NCBI GenBank assembly: GCA_051646305.1 | Contig: JBOFCV010000369.1 | Coordinates: 1 to 24,000, forward strand | Direction: 5' to 3' | DNA: 24,000 nucleotides | DNA from: Turicibacter sp. | Lineage (GTDB): Bacteria > Bacillota_I > Bacilli_A > MOL361 > Turicibacteraceae | Shown here: positions 7,360 through 16,918 of the stretch, in pieces | Layout of the letters: the number at the start of each line of letters is the position of its first letter | Numbering within the stretch: the first letter of the stretch is position 1 | Notes under the pieces: model-generated | Databases searched by the model: none | Told to the model about the DNA's origin: nothing | What the model saw: only the letters and a program-made list of their open reading frames with translations | Translations under genes and position numbers: made by a program

Positions 7360-7895
7360 AGAAAAAAATAAAAAATTTAATTTAATAAAATAAAACGTTA
7401 TTAATTAAAATGATAAGTTCTTTTGAACTTAGAGTTCATTAGGAAACGCATATTAGTAGTTAGTTAAAGGTGAGGTTGAAAGGCATTCTAATTCAAAGAA
7501 GCTGACTTTCTTGAATCGTTTAATTTGCTGATCCTCATGAGATAAATTACTGTTCATTTTTTTGTTAAGTATGAGAAGGTTTAGTTTAAATTCGCTACTT
7601 TTAATTTCAAAGTCTATCATAATTTGTTGATGGGACATGATATAAGACGAGATAAATACAAGTTTTTTAAAATTTAGCATCGGATGGTGGGATATAAGTT
7701 CTGAATTTGATAGGGAGGAGATGCCGGGAGTTATTTAGTAAAGAGGATACAAAATGCAATGAGTAGGGAATTAACTAGATTAGTGTTAATCTAATGGTAG
7801 AATGAAGTGGACTGATAGGACGTATCATTACAGGTCGTGAAGGGAAGGTTCATTTAACAATAAGTATAAAAAATATTTTTAAGAATGTATGAATT

Positions 7896-7904
7896 TGCTA
7901 TAAT
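7896..7904 (+). promoter_or_regulatory. Extended -10 promoter (TGcTATAAT)
   Basis: A perfect TGnTATAAT at 7896-7904 faces the TrmH-family gene about 450 nt downstream. The -35 element is poor (TTTTTA). Confidence 0.5.
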
Positions 7905-8355
7905 AGAGAGTGAACTAATCTTTTTTGATGTTAAAAAATAATTTGTATGACTTTTTGGGCAAAGATATTGAGTATGAGGAGCGCAAACGTTCAACAATTC
8001 AAGTCCAAGCGGTGCCGTTTGATAAAACTTGGATCTGACATGAAAAATATTGAATTTTGTGAGACTATACACGAATGGATAAATAAACTAGATATTATGT
8101 TGCATCCTATGAAGCTTGAACGCTCTAATATCAAGGCATTCTGTAGCCCAGTAATAGTTTTGAAAATTCACAAAACTAACTGCGTCTTATATAGTTGACA
8201 GGACACTAAGTCTGAGTCGCTTGAACGGATAAACTTCATTTTAAATGAATTGCAAGTTTTAATCCTTCAATTGATAAATACAAATGAACATTTTTTATCA
8301 TTTTTTCTAAAATAGAAACTAGTTAAACTTTCAGTAAGAAAATAAAGGTGATGAC

Positions 8356-9102
8356 ATGTTAATTGAATCAAATCAAAATCAAAAAGTGAAAAAATGGGTA
8401 AAATTAAAACAAAAAAAATATCGTTATCAATTTGAAGAGTTTATCGTAGAAGGGGAACATTTAGTTCAAGAAGCGATTTCTTCTAATAGAATTAAAGAAA
8501 TTCTCATTCAAGAGGGAGCATCAAGTTCATTTATTTCTCAATTAGATGAAAAGTATCCAACCTATGTAGTAAAAGAAAATATCTTTAAGCAAATTGCAAG
8601 CACAGAAACACCTCAACCCATCATGGCAGTGTGTACCCTCCAAAATCAAGAACTAAAAAAATTGAATCGCTTGCTCTTAGTTGACCGCGTACAAGACCCA
8701 GGGAATTTAGGAACTTTAATTAGAAGCGCTGTAGCCTTTAAGTTTGATGGCATCCTGTTAAATGAGGGATGTGTGGACTTGTATAATGAAAAAGTGATTC
8801 GTTCAACCCAAGGTGCTATTTTTAAACTACCGATTGTGATTAGGAATTTAGAAAATGAAATTCCACTATTAAAGCGAGAAAAAGTGAAGGTGTATGGAAC
8901 AGCCCTTAAAAACGGTCAACCATTAAATGAGATGGCTGTACAAGGTAAGATGGCATTTATTCTGGGAAATGAAGGAAGTGGTGTTTCAGAGGCGCTTTTG
9001 GATTTAACTGATAAAAATATTTTTGTTGAGATGAGTGAAAATGTAGAGTCTTTAAATGTTTCGATTGCTGGAAGTATTATAATGCACCATTTTCGTCTAT
9101 AA
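8356..9102 (+). CDS. TrmH/SpoU-family RNA 2'-O-methyltransferase (YsgA/RlmB-like)
   Basis: An N-terminal substrate-binding-like region is followed by SpoU motifs (DRVQDPGNLGTLIRSA, ILGNEGSGVS, ESLNVSIAGSI). SD AAAGGTGA lies upstream. Confidence 0.8.
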   Translation: MLIESNQNQKVKKWVKLKQKKYRYQFEEFIVEGEHLVQEAISSNRIKEILIQEGASSSFISQLDEKYPTYVVKENIFKQIASTETPQPIMAVCTLQNQELKKLNRLLLVDRVQDPGNLGTLIRSAVAFKFDGILLNEGCVDLYNEKVIRSTQGAIFKLPIVIRNLENEIPLLKREKVKVYGTALKNGQPLNEMAVQGKMAFILGNEGSGVSEALLDLTDKNIFVEMSENVESLNVSIAGSIIMHHFRL

Positions 9103-9159
9103 TAGATAAAGAAGGCCTGCACGCTTATGACGAATCAACAGATTTATTTAGGATATGCT

Positions 9160-9187
9160 TTACTACCTAAATGAATTATGTTAGAAT
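9160..9187 (+). promoter_or_regulatory. Promoter of the rimP-nusA-infB operon
   Basis: TTACTA (9160-9165), a 16-nt spacer, then the extended -10 TGtTAGAAT (9179-9187). Confidence 0.5.
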
Positions 9188-9210
9188 ATATTTACATAGT
9201 ATGACGTGCG

Positions 9211-9240
9211 AGAGTGGGTTCTTCCCACTCTTTTGTATTA
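9211..9240 (+). promoter_or_regulatory. Leader hairpin with interrupted U-tract (candidate attenuator) upstream of rimP
   Basis: AGAGTGGG (9211-9218) pairs perfectly with CCCACTCT (9224-9231) around a 5-nt loop, followed by TTTGTATT. It lies between the promoter and the rimP SD. Confidence 0.5.
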
Positions 9241-9273
9241 TGGTCACAATGTTTTGAAAGAGGTGAAATCCTT

Positions 9274-9741
9274 ATGTCAAATATAGTTGAAAAAACAGAA
9301 GAAATAGTCACACCAATCTGTGAGCAAAATCAAGTTGATTTAGTTGATGTTGAATATGTAAAAGAAGGACAAAATATGTTCTTACGTGTTTATGTTGATA
9401 CACCAGAAGGAATTGAAATTGATCAGTGTGCAGACGTTGCCGAAAGCTTAAGTGAAAAGTTAGATGAATTAGATTTCATTGCTGATGAATATATCTTAGA
9501 AGTTTCATCTCCTGGTGCTGAGCGTCCACTTAAAACGAAAGAATCGGTATTAGCTTCAGTCGGTGCTTATGTAAATGTTAGAACGTATCAAGCCATTGAT
9601 GAGAAAAAAGAATTTGAAGGTTATTTAACTCAATTTGCAGATGATGTTGTTTCAGTTGAAATTATGATTAAAACACGCAAAAAGCTAATTGAAATTCCAT
9701 ATGATAAAATTGCAAAAATTAGACTTGCAATCAAGTTTTAG
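9274..9741 (+). CDS. rimP: Ribosome maturation factor RimP (YlxS)
   Basis: The start is taken at MSNIVEK (ATG 9274) after AGAGGTGA; the track start at 9214 overlaps the leader hairpin. It sits directly upstream of nusA, and the motif EVSSPGAERPL is conserved. Confidence 0.88.
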   Translation: MSNIVEKTEEIVTPICEQNQVDLVDVEYVKEGQNMFLRVYVDTPEGIEIDQCADVAESLSEKLDELDFIADEYILEVSSPGAERPLKTKESVLASVGAYVNVRTYQAIDEKKEFEGYLTQFADDVVSVEIMIKTRKKLIEIPYDKIAKIRLAIKF

Positions 9742-9755
9742 GAGGGTATGTAAGG

Positions 9756-10814
9756 ATGAAAACAAAAGAGTTTTTTATTGCTCTAGACTTACTTGAGAAA
9801 GAAAAAGGGATTCCAAAAGCCTATATTATTGAAGCATTTGAGCATGCATTAATTAGTGCTTACAAGAAAAACTTTAATCAAGCAACAAACGTAAAAGTTG
9901 AAATTAATGAAGATTTAGGAACGGTTAAACTTTATACACAAAAAGTTGTTGTTGATGAAGAAGTAACAAGATTCCATGAGCAAATGAGTTTAGAAGAAGC
10001 ACACTTAATCAACCCACATTATCAAGTTGGGGATATCATTAACTTTGAAATTACACCAAAAGATTTTGGACGTATTGCAACACAAACGGCTAAACAAGTT
10101 ATTAAACAACGTATTCGCCAAGCAGAACGTGATAATTTATTCCAAGAATTTAAAGACCGTGAAGGTGAGATTGTGACTGGAACAGTGGTTAAGGATGATG
10201 GGAAGCACGTCTTTATCGATTTAGGTAAAATTGAAGCCTTATTACCGATTCGTGAAATTATGAATCCTGAAGAGCTAAAACCTAATTCACGTATTAAGGT
10301 CTATATTAGTAAAATTGAAGCTAAAACAAAAGGTCCAATCGTTTATGTTTCACGTAAAGACCCTAATTTAATTAAACGTTTATTTGAATTAGAAGTACCT
10401 GAAATTTATGATGGAACAGTTGAAATTATCGCTGTTGCTCGTGATGCAGGGGATCGTACAAAAATCTGTGTATCATCTGACGATGCAAATGTTGACCCAG
10501 TTGGGGCATGCGTTGGACCATCAGGACAACGTGTTCAAAACATTGTAGATGAATTAAATGGAGAAAAAATTGATATTATTCAATACTCTAAAGAACCAGA
10601 ATTACTAGTAGCTAATGCATTAAGTCCAGCTCAAGTAACTAAAGTAGTCGTAGATGAAGCTAAAAAAGCAACACTTGTTTTAGTTCCGGATACACAATTA
10701 TCTTTAGCTATTGGTAAAAGAGGACAAAATGCAAGACTTGCAGCTCAATTAACGGGATGGAAAATTGATATTAAACCTGAATCAGAAGCTAAAAATTTAG
10801 GTGTTTTATTATAA
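9756..10814 (+). CDS. nusA: Transcription termination/antitermination factor NusA
   Basis: It has an N-terminal domain, S1 domain and two KH domains (GACVGPSGQRVQ, AIGKRGQNARLAAQLTGWKIDI) and occupies the canonical operon position. Confidence 0.95.
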   Translation: MKTKEFFIALDLLEKEKGIPKAYIIEAFEHALISAYKKNFNQATNVKVEINEDLGTVKLYTQKVVVDEEVTRFHEQMSLEEAHLINPHYQVGDIINFEITPKDFGRIATQTAKQVIKQRIRQAERDNLFQEFKDREGEIVTGTVVKDDGKHVFIDLGKIEALLPIREIMNPEELKPNSRIKVYISKIEAKTKGPIVYVSRKDPNLIKRLFELEVPEIYDGTVEIIAVARDAGDRTKICVSSDDANVDPVGACVGPSGQRVQNIVDELNGEKIDIIQYSKEPELLVANALSPAQVTKVVVDEAKKATLVLVPDTQLSLAIGKRGQNARLAAQLTGWKIDIKPESEAKNLGVLL

Positions 10815-10841
10815 TAGGTGTGACGCAAGGAGGGTAGACTA

Positions 10842-11114
10842 ATGAGACAAAAAAAAATTCCTATGCGAAAATGTGTTGTTACTGGCGAACAAAAACCCAA
10901 AAATGAGTTAATTCGGATTGTACGTGCCACAGAAGGTGATGTTGCAATTGATTTAACGGGTAAAAAAAATGGTCGCGGTGTTTATTTACACTTAACTCCT
11001 GAAGTTGTCGCACTTGCCCAAAAGAAAAATATGTTAAGTAGACATCTAGAAGTAGATATTCCTGCGACAATTTATGAAGAGTTAATTGAACTTGCGACAA
11101 AGCAAGGTAAATAG
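10842..11114 (+). CDS. ylxR: YlxR/RnpM-family RNA-binding protein (DUF448)
   Basis: KIPMRKCVVTGEQKPKNELIRIVR...GRGVYLH matches B. subtilis YlxR as I recall it. The gene sits between nusA and ylxQ. Confidence 0.88.
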   Translation: MRQKKIPMRKCVVTGEQKPKNELIRIVRATEGDVAIDLTGKKNGRGVYLHLTPEVVALAQKKNMLSRHLEVDIPATIYEELIELATKQGK

Positions 11115-11122
11115 GTGATAAA

Positions 11123-11425
11123 ATGAATCGTAATTGGTTAAATTTTCTAGGGATTGCTTCAAGCGCAAGTGCTGTTATTACAGGAGAACAACTTGTAGTT
11201 TCAGCAATTCAAAGTAGAAAAGTTTATCTTGTTATTATTGCAGAAGATATAGGTGAAAATACTTATAAGCGTGTAACAGATAAGTGTAAGTTTTATAATA
11301 TTAACTGTATTCAAATTGCAAAAAGTGAAGAATTAGGTCATGCCCTCGGCAAAGATTTTCGTAAAGTTGTTGGGATTACCAATCCAAACTTTGCAAAAGC
11401 TTTGAAGAATAAAATAAACGCATAA
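11123..11425 (+). CDS. ylxQ: L7Ae-family RNA-binding protein YlxQ
   Basis: The 100-aa product contains LLGIA..A..VITGE...LVIIAED...TYKRVTDKC, which resembles YlxQ. It occupies the canonical position before infB. Confidence 0.85.
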   Translation: MNRNWLNFLGIASSASAVITGEQLVVSAIQSRKVYLVIIAEDIGENTYKRVTDKCKFYNINCIQIAKSEELGHALGKDFRKVVGITNPNFAKALKNKINA

Positions 11426-11440
11426 TAGAGAGGTGATCTA

Positions 11441-13558
11441 ATGAGAATCCACGAATATGCAAAGAATCTAGACATATCAAGCAAAGATATTATTTCTTTT
11501 TTAGAATCGAATAATATGTCTGTTAAAAATCATATGTCAGTGTTAGGAGACGATGTTATTAAGATGTTAGACAAAAAATTCACAGAGGAAGCTTTAGAGG
11601 CTTCAGGTACAACTTTAGAGGGAACACAAAATAACGGTGAAAAAGATGCCATCATTGATACGGAAGATCTTTTTAAATATGAAGATTATTTAGAAGTTAA
11701 ACGTCCTGTTATTAAACAAAAGAAAAAAGCTTCAAATTCTAAAAAGAAAAACAAAGCTGATGGTGAAGAACGTATTGCCAATCTTCCTGTTATTCAAGAT
11801 CAAACATTAAATATTGTTTATTATAGTGATGATTTAACTGTTGGCGAATTAGCAACACGTATTGGAAAATCAACAGGGGAAATCATTAAACAGTTATTAA
11901 TGCTTGGTATGATGGCAACTGTTAATCAAACATTAGAACGTGATATGGTAGAATTAATTGCTGGTGAAGCTGGATTTGAAGTTAAAGATAAAGTATTCTC
12001 AGATGTTATTGAATTCGAAAAAATCGTATTAGAAGATTTAGAAGCAGACTTAGAAAAACGCCCACCAGTTGTTACAATCATGGGACACGTTGACCACGGT
12101 AAAACAACTTTACTTGATGCAATTCGTAACTCACGTGTTGTAACAGGAGAAGCAGGTGGAATTACACAACATATCGGTGCTTACCAAGTTGACCATAACG
12201 GAAACACAATTACCTTCTTAGATACACCAGGACATGCTGCCTTCACACAAATGCGTGCACGTGGTGCACAAGTGACGGATATTTGTATTTTAGTTGTTGC
12301 TTCTGATGATGGTGTAATGCCTCAAACAAAAGAAGCTATCGATCATGCAAAATCTGCTGGAGTTCCAATTATTGTTGCAATTAATAAAATGGATAAACCA
12401 AGTGCTAATCCGGATCGTGTTATGCAAGAATTATTAGAATTCTCATTAGTAGCTGAAGAGTGGGGTGGAGATACAATCTTCGTTAAAATCTCTGCACTTG
12501 CTGGTGAAGGAATCGATGAATTGTTAGAAATGATTAATCTTGTTTCTGAGATGAATGAATATAAAGCAAATCCAAAACGTTTAGCAACAGGAACAGTTAT
12601 CGAAGCGAAGTTAGATAAAGGTCGTGGACCAGTTGCAACGTTATTAGTTGAAAATGGAACATTAGGAATTGGAGATTCTATCGTAGTCGGAAGTGTTCAT
12701 GGACGCGTTCGTGCAATGGTGGATGACTTAGGTCAACGTTCTGAACATGCTGGTCCTTCTACACCAGTTGAAATTACTGGATTAAATGAAGTTCCATTAG
12801 CTGGAGATCCATTTATGGTATTCCCAAGTGAAAAAGAAGCGCGTCAAATTGCTGAAGAACGCTTAATTATCATGCGTGAATTAGGAAATAAACCGACTAA
12901 AGCTGTTTCATTAGATGATATCTTTAATCAAATCCAAGAGGGTGAAGTTAAAGATTTAAATCTTATCATCAAAGGTGATGTACAAGGGTCTGTTGAGGCG
13001 CTTAGTGGATCATTACAAAAAATTGAAGTTGAAGGTGTTAAAATTAACATCGTTCGTGGAGCAGTTGGAACAATTACAGAATCAGATGTGTCTTTAGCAG
13101 CAGCTTCAGGTGCAATTATTATCGGATTTAATGTTCGTCCAACAGCAACAACACGTCAACAAGCTGATAACGAAGGCGTAGATGTTCGTTTATATACAAT
13201 TATCTATAAAGTAATTGAAGAAATCGAAGCTGCAATGAAAGGGATGTTAGATCCTATCTTCGAAGAAAAAGTAACAGGTCAGTTAGAAATTCGTCAAACG
13301 TATAAAGTATCAAAAATTGGTACAGTTGCTGGATGTTATGTTACAGAAGGTACAGTTGGACGTCATTCGCAAATTCGTATTATCCGTGATGGAATTATTA
13401 TCTTCGATGGACATTTAAGTTCATTAAAACGCTTTAAAGATGACGTTAAAGAAGTAAACTACGGATACGAATGTGGTATTACAATTGAACGTTATAACGA
13501 TCTTAAAGAAGGCGACATTCTTGAAGCCTACATCATGGAAGAAGTTAAACGCGCATAA
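11441..13558 (+). CDS. infB: Translation initiation factor IF-2
   Basis: GTPase motifs are present ([21 protein letters not shown]), with the C-terminal IF2 domains and a Lys-rich N-terminal region. Confidence 0.97.
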   Translation: MRIHEYAKNLDISSKDIISFLESNNMSVKNHMSVLGDDVIKMLDKKFTEEALEASGTTLEGTQNNGEKDAIIDTEDLFKYEDYLEVKRPVIKQKKKASNSKKKNKADGEERIANLPVIQDQTLNIVYYSDDLTVGELATRIGKSTGEIIKQLLMLGMMATVNQTLERDMVELIAGEAGFEVKDKVFSDVIEFEKIVLEDLEADLEKRPPVVTIMGHVDHGKTTLLDAIRNSRVVTGEAGGITQHIGAYQVDHNGNTITFLDTPGHAAFTQMRARGAQVTDICILVVASDDGVMPQTKEAIDHAKSAGVPIIVAINKMDKPSANPDRVMQELLEFSLVAEEWGGDTIFVKISALAGEGIDELLEMINLVSEMNEYKANPKRLATGTVIEAKLDKGRGPVATLLVENGTLGIGDSIVVGSVHGRVRAMVDDLGQRSEHAGPSTPVEITGLNEVPLAGDPFMVFPSEKEARQIAEERLIIMRELGNKPTKAVSLDDIFNQIQEGEVKDLNLIIKGDVQGSVEALSGSLQKIEVEGVKINIVRGAVGTITESDVSLAAASGAIIIGFNVRPTATTRQQADNEGVDVRLYTIIYKVIEEIEAAMKGMLDPIFEEKVTGQLEIRQTYKVSKIGTVAGCYVTEGTVGRHSQIRIIRDGIIIFDGHLSSLKRFKDDVKEVNYGYECGITIERYNDLKEGDILEAYIMEEVKRA

Positions 13559-13588
13559 TTTTAAGATTATCTAAAAAGGGTGATTAAT

Positions 13589-13942
13589 ATGTCACAAGTA
13601 AGAATGCAAAAAATATCTAAACAAATTGAACGTGATGTAACTGATATTATTATGAATGAAATCAAAGATACAAAAGTTGGTTTTGTGACAGTAACAGGTG
13701 CAGAAGTTACAAGTGATTTATCTTTCTGTAAAGTTTATTATTCAGTATTAGGTGGAGAAGGTCGCACAGAAGCTGCGACTAAAGCACTAATTCGTTCAAA
13801 AGGGTTTATTCGCTCAGAATTAGCAAAACGCTTATCAATCCGTAAAGTACCTGAATTAATATTTGAAATTGACAAGTCAATTGATTATGGAAATAAAATC
13901 GATACAATGTTAGCTGATCTTCGCCGCCAAGGGAAGATGTAG
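13589..13942 (+). CDS. rbfA: Ribosome-binding factor A
   Basis: The start is taken at MSQVRMQKISKQIERD (ATG 13589) after AAGGGTGA. It is a KH-like RbfA family member and follows infB. Confidence 0.9.
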   Translation: MSQVRMQKISKQIERDVTDIIMNEIKDTKVGFVTVTGAEVTSDLSFCKVYYSVLGGEGRTEAATKALIRSKGFIRSELAKRLSIRKVPELIFEIDKSIDYGNKIDTMLADLRRQGKM

Positions 13943-13953
13943 TCTAATATCAA

Positions 13954-13987
13954 CAAAAAAGAGCTAGCTTGTCTAGCTCTTTTTTTA
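13954..13987 (+). terminator. Rho-independent terminator ending the nusA-infB-rbfA operon
   Basis: AGAGCTAG (13960-13967) pairs with CTAGCTCT (13973-13980) around a 5-nt loop. An A-run lies 5' and a T-run of seven lies 3'. Confidence 0.85.
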
Positions 13988-14449
13988 TTGATAAATAAGG
14001 GCTTGATAAAAATGATTGTAAGGTATAGAGAGAAGATAATTGATTGAATTAATAAGTATCCATTTAGATGGAAAGTTATCCACACACATTATTATGAGGG
14101 GGGATTGAGAATTGATTTACCTGTTAAAGGCAGAATATAGATAAATATATAAAATAAAGAGTAAAGGATAAAATGGCTCATAGTATCGAGGTGAAACAAT
14201 TCATTATAAATTAACTAGCCTACCTGTCGTCAGTGGAGATTTTTTTATTAGAATCCCTGTGAGAATAAAACTAAAATTGAGATAGCTGATATTAGACTAT
14301 AATACTTTTTAAAGTGGAAAATAACTAGGTTTTATTGATAAAAGATGGTCAATTCATTTAAAAGAAAGATAATCAGTATGATAGGCTTGTAAAGTGACTT
14401 GAAAAAGTGATAAAATAAGATAAAATTTTACATTGAAATAGGTGAGAGT

Positions 14450-14905
14450 ATGAAACGAAAAATCCTAGTGGCCGTCGTTGTCTGTCTTGCAGTTGTCAGT
14501 ATCGGTTTTTATTATATAAAAGAAAATAAAAGTTCTTTTGTAGTTACTTACTCTGATTATGATATTGAAGCAGGAATTACAAATGGTGATGTCATTCAAC
14601 AAGGGAAAACAATAACTAATTTATATGCACTAGAGGCGTTTTATAAAAATGTTAGGTCAGATACTGAAGATCATTTGAATATTGCAGTGGTAAATGAATC
14701 TGGACAGACAGAGTTGTTTGAACTTGAGTATGTTAATAACCAAATTAAATTATATTCTGAAATACAAATTGATAGTTCTGGTAGAAAACAGTACAAAATT
14801 AAGTTGTATGATTCAATCAAAAAAATATTAAAAAATGATCAGGTGATATACAAATTAGTCAATGATTATGAAGAACGTAAGTTTTTATCTTATAATCTTA
14901 AGTAA
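14450..14905 (+). CDS. Hypothetical membrane-anchored or secreted protein (151 aa)
   Basis: A good SD (AGGTGAG) precedes it. The N-terminal region is a hydrophobic signal or anchor (KILVAVVVCLAVVSIGFYYI). I can assign no family from the sequence alone. Confidence 0.6.
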   Translation: MKRKILVAVVVCLAVVSIGFYYIKENKSSFVVTYSDYDIEAGITNGDVIQQGKTITNLYALEAFYKNVRSDTEDHLNIAVVNESGQTELFELEYVNNQIKLYSEIQIDSSGRKQYKIKLYDSIKKILKNDQVIYKLVNDYEERKFLSYNLK

Positions 14906-14938
14906 TCGTTTCATAATAAGAGTAGCTATTTAAATAGA

Positions 14939-14984
14939 TCCTAGTTAAGGTTGTAATAAACAATAAACTAGGATTTTTGATTTT
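14939..14984 (+). terminator. Candidate terminator after the 14450-14905 gene
   Basis: ATCCTAGTT (14939-14947) pairs with AACTAGGAT (14966-14974), followed by TTTTGATTTTT. The large 18-nt loop lowers confidence. Confidence 0.45.
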
Positions 14985-15007
14985 TATTGGAGAAAGTGGT
15001 GAAATAG

Positions 15008-16786
15008 TTGAGTGACTTAATTAAAGATAAATTAGCATTATTGCCCATGAATCCCGGGTGCTATTTGATGAAAGATATAAAAGGGCAAGTTATTTATGTT
15101 GGGAAAGCAAAAAAGTTAAAAAATCGAGTTAAATCTTATTTTATGGGGTCACATAATGGAAAAACAGCTAGGCTAGTACGAGAAATTGTAGACTTTGAAT
15201 ATATTATTACATCGAGTGAACTTGAAGCGCTAGTACTAGAAATTAATCTAATCAAAAAGTATGATCCGAAATATAATATAATGTTAACGGATGATAAACA
15301 TTATCCTTATATAAAATTAACAAATGAGACACATCCAAGGTTGGTCACGACACGTAAAATAAAAAAAGATGGCGGTAAATATTTTGGACCTTATCCAAAC
15401 TCCAGGGCAGCAAACGAGACAATTAGGTTATTAAATAAATTATATCCACTAAGAAAATGTCACCCACTAGCACGAAAATTTTGTTTATATTATCATATTC
15501 ATCAGTGTTTAGGTCCATGTGAAAACGAAGTGGATTTAAATGTATATAAACCATATATAGATGAAATTACAAAGTTTTTAAAAGGCGATTACTCTGCTGT
15601 AAAAAAAGAACTATCCTCTAAGATGTTAAGTGCTTCAGAAAATTTAGAATTTGAAAAAGCTAAAGAATATCGGGATTTAATTACTCATATCGAGGCAACG
15701 GTTGAAAAACAGAAGATGACATTAAATGATTTTGTTGACCGAGATGTTTTTGGTTACGCTAAGATAGAAGATTTAATATGTGTTCAAGTGTTCTTTGTTA
15801 GACAAGGAAAAGTAATTGAGCGTGATGTTTCCATATTTGATGGAATAGATGATACTGAGGAAGCTGTACTGACCTTTATTGGGCGTTTTTATCAAGGGAA
15901 TAATATTAAACCCAAAGAAATATTCATTCCATCTTCATTAGATGAGGGGCTTCTTTCAAACTTATTAGATATAAAGGTTGTGGTGCCTAAAATAGGAGAA
16001 AAGAAACAACTTGTAGAGCTTGCCATGAAGAATGCACAAGTTTCACTAGAAGAAAAGCTTCAATTGATTGAAAAGCAAGAAGAGCGAACAATTAAAGCAG
16101 TTGAAGCCCTCGGGGATTTATTATATATTCCACTCCCACATCGGATTGAGGCATTTGATAATTCCCATCTATCAGGTGTTGATTTAGTTTCTGGAATGGT
16201 AGTTTTTACTGATGGGAAACCGGATAAAAAAGAATATCGAAAATATAAAATTACATCTACTACAGAAGGAGATGACTATCAGGCGATGAAGGAAGTCATC
16301 TATCGCCGATATTTTAGAGTGTTAAATGAAAATTTACCAGCGCCTGATTTAATCATTATCGATGGTGGGAAAGGGCAAGTAAATATTGCCAAAGAAGTTT
16401 TGGATACTTTAAACATGAAAATTCCTGTCATTGGTTTAATTAAAGATGATAAGCATCGAACAAACGCCATATTGGATGGACGGGATATGGAAATTATCTC
16501 CTTAAAGAAAAGCACAAATGTCTTTCAATTGTTGACGCGCATTCAAGATGAAGTTCATCGTTTTGTTATTGGCTTCCATCAACACACCCATCAAAAACGA
16601 AATCTAACGTCAATTTTGGATGAAATTGGAGGGGTAGGACCTAAGCGAAAACAACAACTATTACAAAATTTTGGGACGCTAGAACGCATGTTAGAAGCTA
16701 GCGATCAGGAATATAAAACATTAGGTTTTCCAGAGGATATTATTGCTAGGGTAAAATCATTTATTAGAACTGAATTAAAAAAATAA
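15008..16786 (+). CDS. uvrC: Excinuclease ABC subunit C
   Basis: TTG start after GGAGAAAGTGGTG. It has a GIY-YIG N-terminal domain (GCYLMKD...VIYVGKAKKLKNRV), a UvrBC-interaction region, an endonuclease V-like domain and a C-terminal HhH (GVGPKRKQQLL). Confidence 0.95.
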   Translation: MSDLIKDKLALLPMNPGCYLMKDIKGQVIYVGKAKKLKNRVKSYFMGSHNGKTARLVREIVDFEYIITSSELEALVLEINLIKKYDPKYNIMLTDDKHYPYIKLTNETHPRLVTTRKIKKDGGKYFGPYPNSRAANETIRLLNKLYPLRKCHPLARKFCLYYHIHQCLGPCENEVDLNVYKPYIDEITKFLKGDYSAVKKELSSKMLSASENLEFEKAKEYRDLITHIEATVEKQKMTLNDFVDRDVFGYAKIEDLICVQVFFVRQGKVIERDVSIFDGIDDTEEAVLTFIGRFYQGNNIKPKEIFIPSSLDEGLLSNLLDIKVVVPKIGEKKQLVELAMKNAQVSLEEKLQLIEKQEERTIKAVEALGDLLYIPLPHRIEAFDNSHLSGVDLVSGMVVFTDGKPDKKEYRKYKITSTTEGDDYQAMKEVIYRRYFRVLNENLPAPDLIIIDGGKGQVNIAKEVLDTLNMKIPVIGLIKDDKHRTNAILDGRDMEIISLKKSTNVFQLLTRIQDEVHRFVIGFHQHTHQKRNLTSILDEIGGVGPKRKQQLLQNFGTLERMLEASDQEYKTLGFPEDIIARVKSFIRTELKK

Positions 16787-16821
16787 TCTTTTTTCATGCA
16801 TGTTTCTTTAATTTTTTAGGT

Positions 16822-16848
16822 ACTAATAGAGCCTCCAAACATAATATA
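16822..16848 (+). promoter_or_regulatory. Candidate sigma-K-type promoter of gerE
   Basis: AC (16822-16823), a 16-nt spacer, then CATAATATA (16840-16848). This matches the AC-16/17-CATAnnnTA mother-cell consensus as I recall it. Confidence 0.45.
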
Positions 16849-16918
16849 TACTAGATACAGCGTTAAGCCGTATCGGTCGAGGATAATGACTACCTCAAAA
16901 GAATAGGGGGTAGAAAGG

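Noticed and set aside
7453-7680. A 75-aa minus-strand ORF in the ORF-poor region, with a weak hairpin plus T-run downstream (7415-7430 on the minus strand).
   Set aside because: There is no SD before either candidate Met. The sequence is low-complexity and Lys/Asn/Ser-rich, as expected from AT-rich non-coding DNA.
7928-8198. Small ORFs 7928-8038 (36 aa, MLKNNLYDFLGKDIEYEERKRSTIQVQAVPFDKTWI) and 8040-8198 in adjacent frames, which might be a frameshifted pseudogene.
   Set aside because: Neither has an SD, and the products match nothing I recognise. A BLASTX or tblastx search would be needed. They are not reported as features.
7905-8355. A T-box or other known riboswitch in the long putative leader upstream of the TrmH-family gene.
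   Set aside because: There is no T-box consensus (GGGTGGTACCGCG-like), no convincing terminator hairpin before the T-runs at 8292-8305, and no signature motif of the SAM, TPP, FMN, purine, lysine, glycine, glmS or guanidine classes that I can recall.
9146-9172. Hairpin ATTTAGG...CCTAAAT downstream of the TrmH-family gene, considered as its terminator.
   Set aside because: The loop is 13 nt, there is no U-tract, and it overlaps the -35 region of the rimP promoter. The evidence is too weak to annotate.
14076-14084. A perfect DnaA-box 9-mer, TTATCCACA.
   Set aside because: This is a single isolated consensus box. Nearby look-alikes match only 6-7 of 9 positions, and one perfect hit on two strands of 24 kb is not far from chance. 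The locus is not near dnaA/dnaN.
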